Shown here one piece after another: positions 1 through 11,150 of a stretch of DNA of 34,192 bases. The notes beneath the pieces were generated by a model, which ran no database searches, had not been told where the DNA came from, and saw only the letters and a program-made list of their open reading frames with translations. Made by a program: the position numbers and the translations under genes. The number at the start of each line of letters is the position of its first letter. The first letter of the stretch is position 1. Source of the stretch: Perkinsus chesapeaki ATCC PRA-425 (lineage: Eukaryota; Protista; Perkinsozoa); NCBI GenBank assembly GCA_013115145.1, contig JAAPAO010000384.1, positions 1 to 34,192 of the forward strand, written 5' to 3'.

Positions 1-1013
1 AACCCTCGGCTTGCTCGGTTTACAGTGTCACCCTTATGTGGTCGAGGCCTACTGGAAATGACAGGCCTCAGCATCTTCCTGAGGTACCTTTGGTCCTCCT
101 CTCTTTGGCGCTCCTTCTCCTTCCATTCGGGACTGGCCTTTATCCGGCTGGCATCGGCTTCGAGGCGATCAAGGTAGGCCAGCCGCTCCTTTGGAGGTTC
201 ATGGTGGACGACATCTGTGATGAAACCGTAAGATACTCCGGTACGAGCTTCACCGACCGCTGCCAGATGGTGAAGGTGCCGTTGTGGAAGCCACTGGCGG
301 TCTGCCGGCGGTCGAGGGCTTCGTGAAGTGAGTGTAGGCAATGTAAGCGACCACAGCGGATATTAATATAAACATAGGGGAGGGCAGCCAACTGCTCTTT
401 GGGGAGTGAGCGGGGCCTGAAGTAGGGGTACACCGAGACGACTCTGGGGGCTACCTTCACGTGGTGTCTCATCGTCATTGCTGTTGTCATTACTAACAGC
501 TCCTTGCTGACCGAGCTGACATAATGATGCGATGGTGACAATGATGGGAGGTACCTCAGAGGGTAGGCATTCGATACTGTGCATGCCACTAAGTCTAAGC
601 AGACGTTGATCTCTTGGGCTCTCTGGGAGGGGGAGGGCTGGTACGATACCTGAAGCATGGCGAACGTGTCATGGACGAGAATGCTGGATTATTCAGTCTG
701 AATGTGACAATCAGGAATAGCTACAGCCACTGTACTGATTGTTCACTGTTCTTCTAGGAACCTCACAGGAAGGTTGCATCTACCAAAAGCTGTCAAGTGC
801 ACTATTATTTTTTTTCTGGTGCAGGAGCACGTTGAACAACAGATGTCGACCATAACCATGAATGCTGGCAGAACATCAGTGGATCTTCTAGAAATTCTAT
901 TCATCGCTTCTAGCGTTTTCCATATAGTGCTTCGCACCCATGAAGCATCCGCATGAAGAGACGTAATCCTCCACGACGAAGCGACTGTTCGGATCTACCT
1001 TGAGCCTGTTCAT
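1..1013 (-). CDS. Partial multi-exon hypothetical protein running off the left edge; 5' end uncertain
   Basis: Removing a 43-nt GT-AG intron (215-257) joins ...STTAPSPSGS to DVVHHEPPKERLAYLDRLEADASRIKASPEWKEKERQREEDQRYLRKMLRP, which is open to base 1. A possible first exon starts at 1013 (MNRLKVDPNSRFVVEDY). Middle exons are unresolved and no family is recognised. Confidence 0.4.
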
Positions 1014-1290
1014 CTGTAATGAGACTGACAACAGGCACACACTCCGCTGAGCCTGTAGTGGGGTAATGAAGGCACCGTCCAGGTGGGCAGATGTGCTGCA
1101 ACTCTGAACCTGAGGAGGGGATGGTGAAACTGTCGGGGAGAAGGGTACCTCGGCAAGATGCCACCAGCACTGACAGAAGCGCTGTTTTGCATACTGCTAT
1201 CATGAAAAAGTAAACTAAGTTCGTTCCACTTCGACAAGGGCACTCAAGGCAGCTTCGGAAGAATGTGAAAAGGTATTGCATTGATAAAGT

Positions 1291-4200
1291 CTAATTGGCC
1301 ATGGACCTCTGGCGCAGTTCCATAGTGCCTGGCTTGAATAACATCTTCATTTCCTCTAGTGTGAGGCTGCGACTTTCATCCTTCTGTAAAGCCGCGGCAT
1401 CGCTCGCATCGAACGCCATGTTGGTGAGGCGACTCTTCCGACCTTGGAGGTCCATAATGCGCTGGTCGATCGAATCCCGCACTACAAAGCGGTAGATCCT
1501 CACGGTGTGCTGTTGACCGAGTCTATGGACTCTCATCATGGCCTGCTCCTCGACTGCTGGGTTCCACCACAGATCCATCAGATACAGCGTTCGTCCAGCG
1601 GTGAGGTTGAGCCCGACCCCACCAGCACGCAAGGATACCAGCAGGACCTTGCCTTGTGTCACGCTGTCCCCTTCATCTTCGGGGTCCGACACGTCGACGT
1701 CACCACAACTGTCGTGGCAGTCGGGAAGCACTTGGCCGATCTCTCGAGTGGCGGACTTGTGGTTGAACCAGGCCACGTTAGCCTGTCTTTCATTTTGGTT
1801 TTGTTTGCCGGTGATGAGTCTGTAGGGTACTTGATTCAAATCCAGCATGTGAGAGATCATCCACAAGTAGGAAGTCCATTGAGAGAAAATAACCACATTC
1901 CAGCCGCGCCGGACATCGCGCTTTACGTACCGCAGCAACTTCATCATTTTCGAGCTCAATCGAAACTTGTACTTCAAACCGGTCTCATCTTGTGGTTGAT
2001 CTTCATCAGTTGATTGTGTCAAGGAGACAGCGTTCACCATCGCTTGTGTCGGTATGACTTGGAGAGATTCCACCGACACGGGAGCTCGGCAGACCGGGCA
2101 TGTGCCGGCGCGTTTGATGCTGGCACTGGCGCATGGTTTGCACATGGTGTGACCGCAAACCGTCAGGACCGGCTGCTTCTTCAGATTGTCGCTTGTTAGA
2201 GTTTCCAGACAGATGACGCATTCTGGCAAAGATTCCGAGACCTTCAAACCATCGATGACTTTCTTAAGGTATTCCTTCCTGGACGGGGAGGTGTCCTTGG
2301 ATGCCGACTCTCCCATAAACCGATCGTAGAGCTCATCGAGGTTCTCAGCCACACCACCATTGTCCGCTGGTCGAGAGCTTCCGTCTTCATCTTCGATCGG
2401 CACTTTGCCCATAACCTAGCATAATAAAAGTGATGGTACGCGAAATGGCAATAATGACTGAGAACCAAGTAATTCAGAGATGAGATTGTTAGAAGTGTGA
2501 TGATTCAGAAACTCATCTTTATTGATTACCAAAAAATATACGTTCGACTAGTACTACTATGACAAAAAGGGCCCAAGGCCATGCATATATGCGTTTGAAC
2601 CGAGTGAGAGGCTTACCATGGCCAACTTCGATGGAAGGCAGAGTATTGGATGACATAGGGCTTGCCGTAAGCGAAGGATGAGGTTGAGGATCTGTTGGCA
2701 TGAGGAGTGGAATCTGTTGATCGTATCACCTTCATTCTATGTAGGTTTTCAGAGTGTTCTAAATAACTGTTGAATTCTAGTTGACTTCGCCAGAATAGAT
2801 AAGTGTAAATTCGCTCTTCATCTTCATCAAGAGGAATCTCCAGCGTGCGCACCAACTGAAAGATATGTAGTCTGGGAAGCAAGGCTATATGATATCGATA
2901 CGGATGCTTAGATGTTGTATTGAGCATCAGCACCCAGCCGTGCATAAAGGAACTTGTGCATGGCTCTGGTGGCTCAATCGGATAGAGCGTTGGACTTCTA
3001 ATCCAAAGGTTGCGGGTTCAAGTCCCGCCCAGAGTATTTTGAAAAAGCTTTATCAGCCTCAGAAAACTTCCAAGGAAAACCCTGGCTCTCCGAGCAGGTG
3101 GTTTTTAGTAGGGAGTCCTTACTTTGTCTGGCATCTGGACCAGCGGCTGGCCCGTGAGGTCCTTAGTCTCTTTGGTTCTTCGTATCATAATACGAGATAG
3201 CATGGCGTGCAGAGCTTGTCGGCCAGCTTGATCACCTTCCTTCACTGGGTCTACTATATGCCGCTTGTAGAAGGCAAAGGAATTCCACGGCTCCATGTGC
3301 AGGAACTGAGACAACAAAGGACTATATAAAATGTGCATAAGGAAGGAAGGTGTATTTTAACGCGGCGACACTACCTGGATTATGGGGAAGAGATCTTCGA
3401 GAGTATTCTGGACAGGTGTGCCTGACAAAGGAAAATGAAGGGAGAAAATGTACTGTGAGAGGATGGGCGTACCAGATAGACACCAGAGACGTTCACCATG
3501 TAGGCAAGTCCTAACCACTCTGGATATCGCCGTCACTCGAGATTTGATGAGATGACATTCATCAAGTACAATGCGCCGCCATCGTATGTGCTGGAAGAAG
3601 GACTATGCTGAGCTACCGCAGCAGCGACAAACTTTGAAAATATCTGGTCCATCGCGTGCAACGACTCCATAGGTGGTCATGACCAAGCCCGATCGCTCTG
3701 CTATAGCTACTAGCTCGTCGACACTCTTAATTCTTTCATTGCCATAGTACTGGAAAGGTTTGCCTGAAGTAGAATGAATAGAGAGCTACGCTCAATGCGT
3801 ACGCTCAATATCATGATGCACCGTGTAGAATGTACAATACAGACACTTGGTTATGACAGAATTCGGAGTGGTGATTTTTGGTAAAAAGCCGCTGCGGCCA
3901 TTCACGCACTGAATGTGACGTATGTTATACGATTCGTAATGTACGAGTGATTTTTATTTCTTGTATGTAGGGAGGAACCAAACTCGACACTAGGCTCGTA
4001 ACTGATGAGCTCCAGGCTTTGCATGGAGTTGTGACTCTCGGTATAGACATCGATAGGCTTGTTTAAAGAAAGCTAGGTAGATGGCTAATGACCGGACCGA
4101 TAGCGTCTAGCATAGCTAACACGTGGGGCTGGTTGCCGGTACCGTACGTCCCGCATATGACGTTATCCCCTACACGAAGTTATCCAGTGGATAATATCCA

Positions 4201-7200
4201 CGAAGGTGTCGGTGAGCTGCAGATGTGTTGAAATCGCATACACATTCCTTGATGCTGTTATATGAATTGTACGATAAGAACATTCGCCCACGCAAATTCG
4301 AAGCCGCATACAGCCGGAGAGATAAATAATCACATTCAACCACTTTCTTCACGCCGTCGTGTGGACCCGAGCAACCAGATGTCGTCTACGTAGATGAAAG
4401 CGCCAAACTTGAGGCTGGCAACTTTAACGATGACTTTTTGAGACTTTGAAATACGCTGTGAACAGCGCCGGCCAAGCGCCACCACTACTATGGGCTCACA
4501 GTGAGCCCGAATGGCAAGCGTGAGTTGTGCATAGCAGTCAGTCGCCTTCACACTCTTCTCCCTACCTAGAACACTCGCGGGGTAGGTATGCAATCGATAG
4601 CGTACACTAGCAGTACGAATATCATCAGCTGTACCAGACTGCTGATGTCATCAGGCTAAGAGTATGGCTCGCTACTCGAACTTGTTCGATAACTACTTCA
4701 AGACTATGGTTCTTCAATCGTAGTGAAGGCGATAGTGACTGTACCCTTCCCTTTAAGTGTCGTCCACCTCTCTGTCACAGCTGCCGGAGCTGAAGAGCGG
4801 TTTTAATACAACCAATGGTTGTATCAAAACCATGGCATGGCGACGTTCGTGTTCTCAGGTCGGAAGCGTCTCCAGTAATCTCCAAGTAAGGCCGAATTCA
4901 ACATGGCGATGGTGAACATGCATTTTTGCCAGCGATATATCAATCTGGTTAGCTAGGTGATACGTGATGACCTTGAAATCAGAACAGAGTTCATTAAAGA
5001 AGATCGTTCATTCGTTTGAGGTATGTACCACAGTATCACCCCGGTAGCCGTGATAAATTATCATGTGAGCCGCCTAGTTGGCTGCATATTTGCATCCGAA
5101 GAATAGAGCGAGTACATACTGTGTTAGCTTACCGCCCGATAACTCAGAAATTTCGGAATTTATGTTGGCAGCTCGATCGGAGATGATCCGGGCAGATATA
5201 CATTGAGAGACGGTCCCGGAACAGTACCGGGGAAACTGTGGCATGCTCTATGAAATCGAAGATTTGTGAGATCCGAGTCTAGCAAACTGTAGGACTAGTG
5301 GCCTGTCTCCTCACCGAAAGTCTTCGTGTCGCCCATATGTTCCACAGCCTCGCTCTGCCATTGGTTTAACAGCGACAGAGGTAATACTATCAACGTAGCC
5401 TTCGTCGAAACCCTCCAAACATTGGAAGCCTCCTGAAGGATTATTAACATCATGAGTCCCGAGAGGCTTACTTTATTGGCCTGCGGCTTGGGCGGCATAT
5501 CGATGCCCTGGTCAAGGAGCCAGCGGTCTGTTGCGATGAGCGACAAGGCCATGACGGTTTTCCCCAGTCCCATTTCGTCTGCTAGTATCCCGCCAAGGCA
5601 ATCTGGCGCTGCGCCCGGAAATTCCACAGATGCCTCTGCTCTAGAAGCATGAAGGTACAACCTAACATAATGAGCGTGCTCTAGAAAGTTTGCAAAGATG
5701 AGCGACTCACTTGACATTTTCATCTCTAGTGAGGAACTCTGCCCAAGACGGGTGAAGCGTGGTGATCTCCTCAGCAGGGATGTTCACAGGCTCTTCAGGG
5801 TCTGCCAGGATATTATCACCGAGAAAAAAGGGAAGCGCTCACCAACTGGATCGGCATAAAGTGCAGTTGCTTCCTTTGGCAGCCCACCGCATTCAACTGG
5901 CCATTCACGCTTCATCATCCATCCAAGAGCTTGGGCCTACCAGAAATTCGGTGAGATGCTAGCGAGCCAGAATGAGTGACATATGGCGCATATTGTAATC
6001 GTATTGAATTAAATGCTTTAACATATCGACAAGTGCTAGGCTATTCTGAGATATTCCTTTCTATCAAGCACCCACTAAGGAACTCCACAATCCGGCATGA
6101 ACAACTTCCAGTGTGCTCGGGAAAACATCACGCGGTTGATACCTGATATGGTTTGAGCTCACACGCCATCACTCCTGGAGGAGGGTACATCCCAGGTAGA
6201 TCAAGCCGGGCTAAGTATTCTGTAGAGCCTTCTCCCGTCTTCAAAACCTATACATCAATCAATAGGAATCGAAAACTCCTGAATGGCCGCATATAGCAAA
6301 TCGCTACGTCGGAAATATACAATTTAGAGGACAACTGGATGATACTATACAAGAAATACGTTAACGAAGAAGAAGTTATATAGTAAATATGATGCCAATT
6401 CTAATTATATAGCAATGGTCCCCGGCAGATGTGGAGGAGTTACTGCGTATGGTGTTTCCCTACCTCTTGCATCTGAGCGGACATCTCTCCTTCAGCTTCG
6501 TCCAATTCCTCATCTTCGGTTCCCTCTGCATTCGGTGACGCTTCGGCTTCTGGTGAGGGAGCTGCAGACCTCACATCAGTTATGTTCCAAGCCGCCTAAG
6601 GGTCAAACACTGCTTCATTAAATACAAGGAACGACGTCGAGGGAACACCACGAGAGAAGGGAACCATTTAGAAAGGGCGCGCCCGGATTTGAACCGAGGA
6701 CATGCTGATCTGCAGTCAGCCGCTCTACCACTGAGCTACACACCCTTCCGAAAACTCATCTCAGACATACACGTGAGTAAGGAACAGAGCTCCTTCTAAG
6801 AAGGACCAACGATTTCCACTAGTACGAAGAAAACTGAATGCCTCAATAACCTACAGCTCTCAGTGGCTTAAGTCCAAGGCATTCCTTATCAGTAATGAGT
6901 GACCACCAACAATCTCTCAATCTGTCCAATACACACTCTTGTTCAGCTGCCACTTGAATGTATCTTCCCAGATGATATCTGTCCTTGGTTTTCTTCAACC
7001 CTCTACTATCCACCATAACCGTGAGTGTAATAGGGATATTGTCACCCATTTTCACAGGCCCACCGATCACCCCAGCATACGCAGCCAGCGAGCCTACCCT
7101 AGCTTTCACCGACACTCCCATATCCAACATTATTAGTGGCGCCAAGACCTGTGATATCGACCCCGGCAAATTGCCAACTTCATTGCTTGGCGGGCTGAAC

Positions 7201-8096
7201 TGCGGTTGACTCAACCGGGCGATGGCCGTTCCTCGGAGCATGCGGTCACCAAGACTGCAAGTACTCCTCTTTCTATTATTTCCTCCCCGCCTCCCCATCG
7301 GCTCCTTAAACGTACACGTCAGATTCAGAGTCCTCCCCGGCTTCATTCGATTCTCGTCACCCGACATCGGTCGCGTACACATGCAATAGGTCTCAATTTC
7401 GCCCAACACAGTTGTTGTGGTTTTCAGTCGCTCCAGCGTGCCCTCCTCAGAGGAATCGCTCAACTCTGGGCTGCTCCGCTCCACCGTATCGCCTCTCATC
7501 CAGTTGAACAAATCCATACCACGACTCGACGAAGAAGAGTAAGACACCGACTTCCCAAAGACGGAATTTCTGCTTCGCTCCGTCGGATTATTTTTCGTAT
7601 TGGGCTCCGATAGTCGACGAATGCTTTCAACGCCGCTATGTCGAGATTTCATTACATACTGGGCGATCTTCTCGGAATCAATCTGATGACAGACAGCTAG
7701 AGGTGTCAGAAAACCGAGCTAGAAGAGATACGCCTCTAAAGTCAAGCGGAGGAATGAGAGTGGAAACTAAGTGCTGATATAGAATGCGGAATTTAGGAAA
7801 CGGGAGTCTGTATAAAACCGTCATCTTTACCAACCTAATTCTAGCAGTTCACAACCGCACTCCATATCTCATCAAATACTAACCCTACTAACCTGTGAAA
7901 AGTACAAGTCAACAGCCTTCTCCAAGTTCCCCTTTGCCGCCATCAGCAAGTCCTCTAATCGATCGTCTGTCGGAGCGTTACCAACCAAACTCCTAAATGT
8001 TGCTATCATATCCGAGTCAATTCCATTCGACACTCGAAGCCTCTTGGTTGGCGGAGGATGGGCAGATGATGACGATGAGGATGATGATGAACTCAT
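1291..8096 (-). CDS. RAD5: RAD5/HLTF-type SNF2 helicase with HIRAN and RING domains (multi-exon)
   Basis: Domain order: UBA-like N-terminus (LEDLLMAAKGNLEKAVDLYF), HIRAN-like region (EVGNLPGSISQVLAPL...GDNIPITLTV), ELKPYQ/AQALGWMMKRE, GGILADEMGLGKT, VMTTYGVV, WRRIVLDECH, LRLRQALCHP, C3HC4 RING (CVIC...CGHTMCKPC...CPVC) and helicase C (SLRAGGVGLNLT...DLWWNPAVEEQAMMRVHRLGQ). ATG at 8096, TAG at 1291-1293. Confidence 0.92.
2963..3036 (+). tRNA. tRNA-Arg(UCU), antisense within a RAD5 intron
   Basis: Full cloverleaf: GCTCTGG/CCAGAGT, D-stem GCTC/GAGC, TTGGA-CT TCT AA-TCCAA, GCGGG-TTCAAGT-CCCGC, discriminator A, then TTTT. Confidence 0.96.
3990..4600 (-). mobile_element. Decayed retrotransposon pol relic (RT and probable RNase H) in the 1551-nt RAD5 intron 3764-5314
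   Basis: Collinear RT motifs across frameshifts: KATDCYAQLTL, RLPFGLTVSP, AFIYVDDIWLLGST. A downstream HVLAMLDAI...KPIDVYTESHNS is a weaker RNase H-like match. Stops and frameshifts are present. No LTRs or target-site duplication (TSD) found, and the limits are approximate. Confidence 0.7.
6674..6745 (-). tRNA. tRNA-Cys(GCA), sense within a RAD5 intron
   Basis: GGGTGTG TA GCTC AGTGGTA GAGC G GCTGA CT GCA GA TCAGC ATGTC CTCGG TTCAAAT CCGGG CGCGCCC T forms a complete cloverleaf. Confidence 0.96.
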
Positions 8097-8664
8097 TGAA
8101 GGTACAAAGGGCTAGCCACGCCCCAATAATAATACTACCAAACCCATCTTCATTAGTGGAACAAAACCACAGCACAATAAGCAATGACTAGTAGTAAAGT
8201 AAGTATGAAGTTTATAGTATGTATTCGAAATATAGAATCTATCATACAGGACTATGCCACCATCCCACGGCAAGGAGTGCCGCATAACCATTCATCAACC
8301 AAGTAGAAGTTTATCACGAACCACGGGGCGTTTGGTACCAATATTTCGAATCTATATTGGAAGCGTGTTTCCAAAGTAGTACTGATCAAATCTCCTGCCA
8401 GTATCCGACGTTATGGCAGTGCCATGCTACCTCTCTACGTCAAATTGGCTTGGGAGGTTTACGAAACCTCGCCAAATTTCACCCGCTTTCTCCCATTGGA
8501 GCCCGATAGAGATGCTAACTTCGAGGAAAACAACTCAACTTGAACGCACTACAAGTCGCTCGATTGGATATCTCGTTTTTGTGGGTGAAAATCAACTCCC
8601 CTGAACCTCCCTCTATCTGACTCAACTCGACACCACAGCTCCCGAAACATGTCCTGTCCTCTCA

Positions 8665-9283
8665 TCATCTCTTTCGAAATAATACCATAAACTCAAACAT
8701 AGTAAGCGCCCCCACCAACAGCGATCCCTGTACAATATTACCACCCTGCCCTCGAAGGCTTCGATACCGAACGCTTTGGACTAGTGCCGTGCCAACTCCT
8801 CCCAACACACCTACCACCGATCATTTCCCAGAACCGTTCTAATAACCAATGGATGATTTCTTGCCGGTTTGCTACGTTCCTCTTTCTCGTTCTAGAACGT
8901 AGCAAAGCAGGAGAGAAGAGTCAGTTCTGAATTCCGGGTTCGTTTTTGATTTTTCTGCCTCGCTGCATCCGAGCTTCGGCAAAAATTAAACTTAATTTCT
9001 GGACCAGAAGGTCTGATTTCAAATTTGGGGAAAGTTGACCAACGCTTTACGATATAAGGACTCACGGGAAGTTCGGAGTTTTCACACCTATCCGGAGCAC
9101 TGTGTCGAATGGAGCCCCCACTGTATTACATCCCCCACCGAACCATCTCGCCCATCTTTTATATTTCTCCCTTTTAGCAAATCCCATCCAACTTCCAGGT
9201 CCCCCCCGCCCCAATGCCGCCTCCTCCTTCTCCCATGCTGCCTCTGGTAGCTTGTAGCCCGGCGATTGCTCATAGAACGGCAT
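8665..9283 (-). CDS. Small membrane protein, divergent Romo1/Mgr2-like paralog (exons 9283-9088 and 8810-8665)
   Basis: A phase-1 GT-AG intron (8811-9087) joins MPFYEQSPGYKLPEAAWEKEE...FDTVLRIG to VLGGVGTALVQSVRYRSLRGQGGNIVQGSLLVGALTMFEFMVLFRKR*. Exon 2 aligns without gaps to exon 2 of the adjacent Romo1 gene. Exon 1 may hide an in-frame 72-nt intron. Confidence 0.6.
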
Positions 9284-9489
9284 TAAAAGGAAGCGCACTG
9301 AAAGGAGAGGCACCTCACAGAAGCGGAAGGCTTATTAATAAACATGACTATTATAACCAAGATAGGTCAGACCAAACTGACGAGAAATCATCATCGTTAT
9401 ATTGAAAGCATTATCGGCAAAGTTGATCGGTCACATTATTCCGCAAGAGGGTTCATCAATAATAAATTCATAAGCTGCGATGTATTATA

Positions 9490-9553
9490 CTGGTCCCATA
9501 GAGAAGGGTTATCTCCGACGTCTGGTCCCATAGAGAAGGGTTGTCTCCGACGT
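9490..9553. repeat. 32-bp tandem duplication (2 copies, 1 mismatch)
   Basis: CTGGTCCCATAGAGAAGGGTT(A/G)TCTCCGACGT at 9490-9521 and 9522-9553. Confidence 0.95.
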
Positions 9554-9674
9554 CTCCAATCTGACTCCACACTACTAGCACTGCTATCCAAGCCAGAACG
9601 ATTTCCCGGACAAAATTAATTAAACCAACGCAAGTGTCCTGTGGGAGCATCCGTACTCTGATACGGCTAATCTT

Positions 9675-10177
9675 TTATCGTACAAGTGAGCCAACTGCCA
9701 ATATTGTACCCATAAATAAAGCACTTGGGCCAGCGTATTTCAGACATCCACGAAGAGTCCCGGTCTGTACTGCATACCCGGCAATGCCTGCCGATGCTCC
9801 TATTAGACCTGATCCAGCATCATCATCATCGTGGACATAGAGGATACGGTATAGTGCGTTGAAAGGCATACAACTCGATACCACCATTAACCGAATACCT
9901 CCATTGTTATCATTCAAGCCAAAATGATTTAAAAGACTCTATTCCTCATTTTGCCCATTCATGATAGCATTTCACAAGCCTAAATCTTTACTTTTATCTA
10001 CCAACTGATATCTCTCTATAATTCTCGGCCCCATTTCCCCTTTATTAACATTATTCCCACTCTATTACTAATCCCCCTTTTATTACCTCCTTGCATAAAC
10101 ATCATTCCCATCTGTCTGGCATAGAATCCAACTTTACTTTGATGGTGTGGATGGAACTGCTGCTGCTGGTATGACAT
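9675..10177 (-). CDS. ROMO1: Romo1/Mgr2 family mitochondrial inner-membrane protein, 74 aa (exons 10177-10087 and 9808-9675)
   Basis: Spliced product MSYQQQQFHPHHQSKVGFYARQMGMMFMQGGLIGASAGIAGYAVQTGTLRGCLKYAGPSALFMGTILAVGSLVR*. The Gly-rich two-TM pattern and C-terminal KY...SA..(F/M)G....GS..R match Mgr2/Romo1. Confidence 0.75.
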
Positions 10178-10328
10178 TATGAGACAGTACACTGCAACGA
10201 AGACTGCAGCAGCAGCAGCCGAGGAGCATCGATTGTCTAGTCAGGATGGAACACGTATCCATGGAACAGAGGCGAAATATACGATAATGAGATTCAAATA
10301 TTAACCAATTTTCCTACCAAACTTTCTA

Positions 10329-11050
10329 CAAGGTGTTAATCTAATTAGGGCCCACCCCCCCGCAACTTTTTATTGCAAACGGGTTAGGATCCGAGACTCA
10401 TATCATTCGAAAGCTCGTCTTTTCTTCTATCTGAACCTATCTTTGGCGGTTTCGTCCGCGCGCTACAGAAGATGTCATCGAGCTGTCGGAGATCCTAAAA
10501 AACGGGCTGGCAGAACACCCTATGGTACTTCTCTTTCACATAAGCAACACCTTAACGATTTTCAACCCCGTTTGATCACCGCAATCCGGTTGACAGAGAG
10601 AACCCCAGATTTCATCACCAAAGCTCAGTCGCCCATTAAGAGCCCAGATCTCAATGTCATTGACTTCGCGGCCTGGGGTCTCCTGCAGTCTGAAGTCTCC
10701 AAGCACCGGGCCGAACTCAATACCGTGGCGGACTTGAAGCGAGTTCTCACCGAGGCGTGGAATGCGATATCTTTCAATAAAGAAGGCTTACGAAGAAAGG
10801 GGGCGCAACCTCAAACCCGTCCAGAAGGCGAATAGGTGCCATTTTGAGCACCTTTAGTTCTACCAGCGGTTTTCGTGCAATTTCGTAGCGTTTCGTTCGA
10901 TAGTACGAGTCGCGCACAATGATAATCGATTTTAATGTCCCCCATGTATATAGAAGAAAAGGCGGGCTTTCGAATGATATAAGTCTCGGATTCTAACCCG
11001 TTCGCAATAAAAAGTTACAGGGGGTGGGCCCTAATTAGATTAACGCCTTG
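10329..11050 (+). mobile_element. Internally deleted Tc1/mariner-superfamily DNA transposon, 722 bp, about 102-bp TIRs, TA TSD
   Basis: TA|CAAGGTGTTAATCTAATTAGGGCCCACC... (10329-10430) is the inverted copy of 10950-11050 (...CCCTAATTAGATTAACGCCTTG|TA), with 8 substitutions and 1 indel. It contains a transposase remnant. Confidence 0.93.
10443..10835 (+). pseudogene. Transposase remnant (DDD-type Tc1/mariner)
   Basis: An HTH-linker-like AVGDPKKRAGRTP lies close to the C-terminal catalytic block SPDLNVIDFAAWGLLQSEV...TVADLKRVLTEAWNAI. The first two catalytic Asp regions are missing. Confidence 0.85.
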
Positions 11051-11150
11051 TATTGAATATCCTCCGTATCACTAGTAACATAATTCCTACCACATTTTCT
11101 ATGGTAATCCTAGCAGCGCCTTTCCAGCAACGAAACAAGTGACTTTGAAA

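Noticed and set aside
140-658. ORF with NAYP...LPYV resembling a Penelope-like RT C-terminus
   Set aside because: No RT or GIY-YIG catalytic motifs are present. A different frame with a clean 43-nt intron gives more protein-like sequence.
997-1006. GGCTCAAGGT (minus), like the 3' end of the dinoflagellate/Perkinsus spliced leader plus donor
   Set aside because: The upstream CCGTAGCCAT part is absent, and the match lies in a probable exon.
1444-2013. Plus-strand ORFs over RAD5, and similarly 11523-13427 over FIG4
   Set aside because: These are antisense shadows of long, well-supported coding exons.
4806-4824. 8-bp hairpin ATACAACC-AAT-GGTTGTAT
   Set aside because: Too short to distinguish from chance.
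8815-8932. GATCATTTC, GGATGA and CTGA suggesting U3 or a C/D snoRNA
   Set aside because: There is no box A', B or C arrangement, the terminal stem is only 3 bp, no rRNA target was recognised, and it is antisense to an intron.
9490-9553. 32-bp direct repeat as a CRISPR array
   Set aside because: Only two adjacent copies, no spacer, no cas genes and a eukaryotic context.
9344-9619. ORF with IGQTK resembling a GIY-YIG nuclease
   Set aside because: The first GIY motif and the conserved Arg/Glu pattern are missing, and the region is intergenic.
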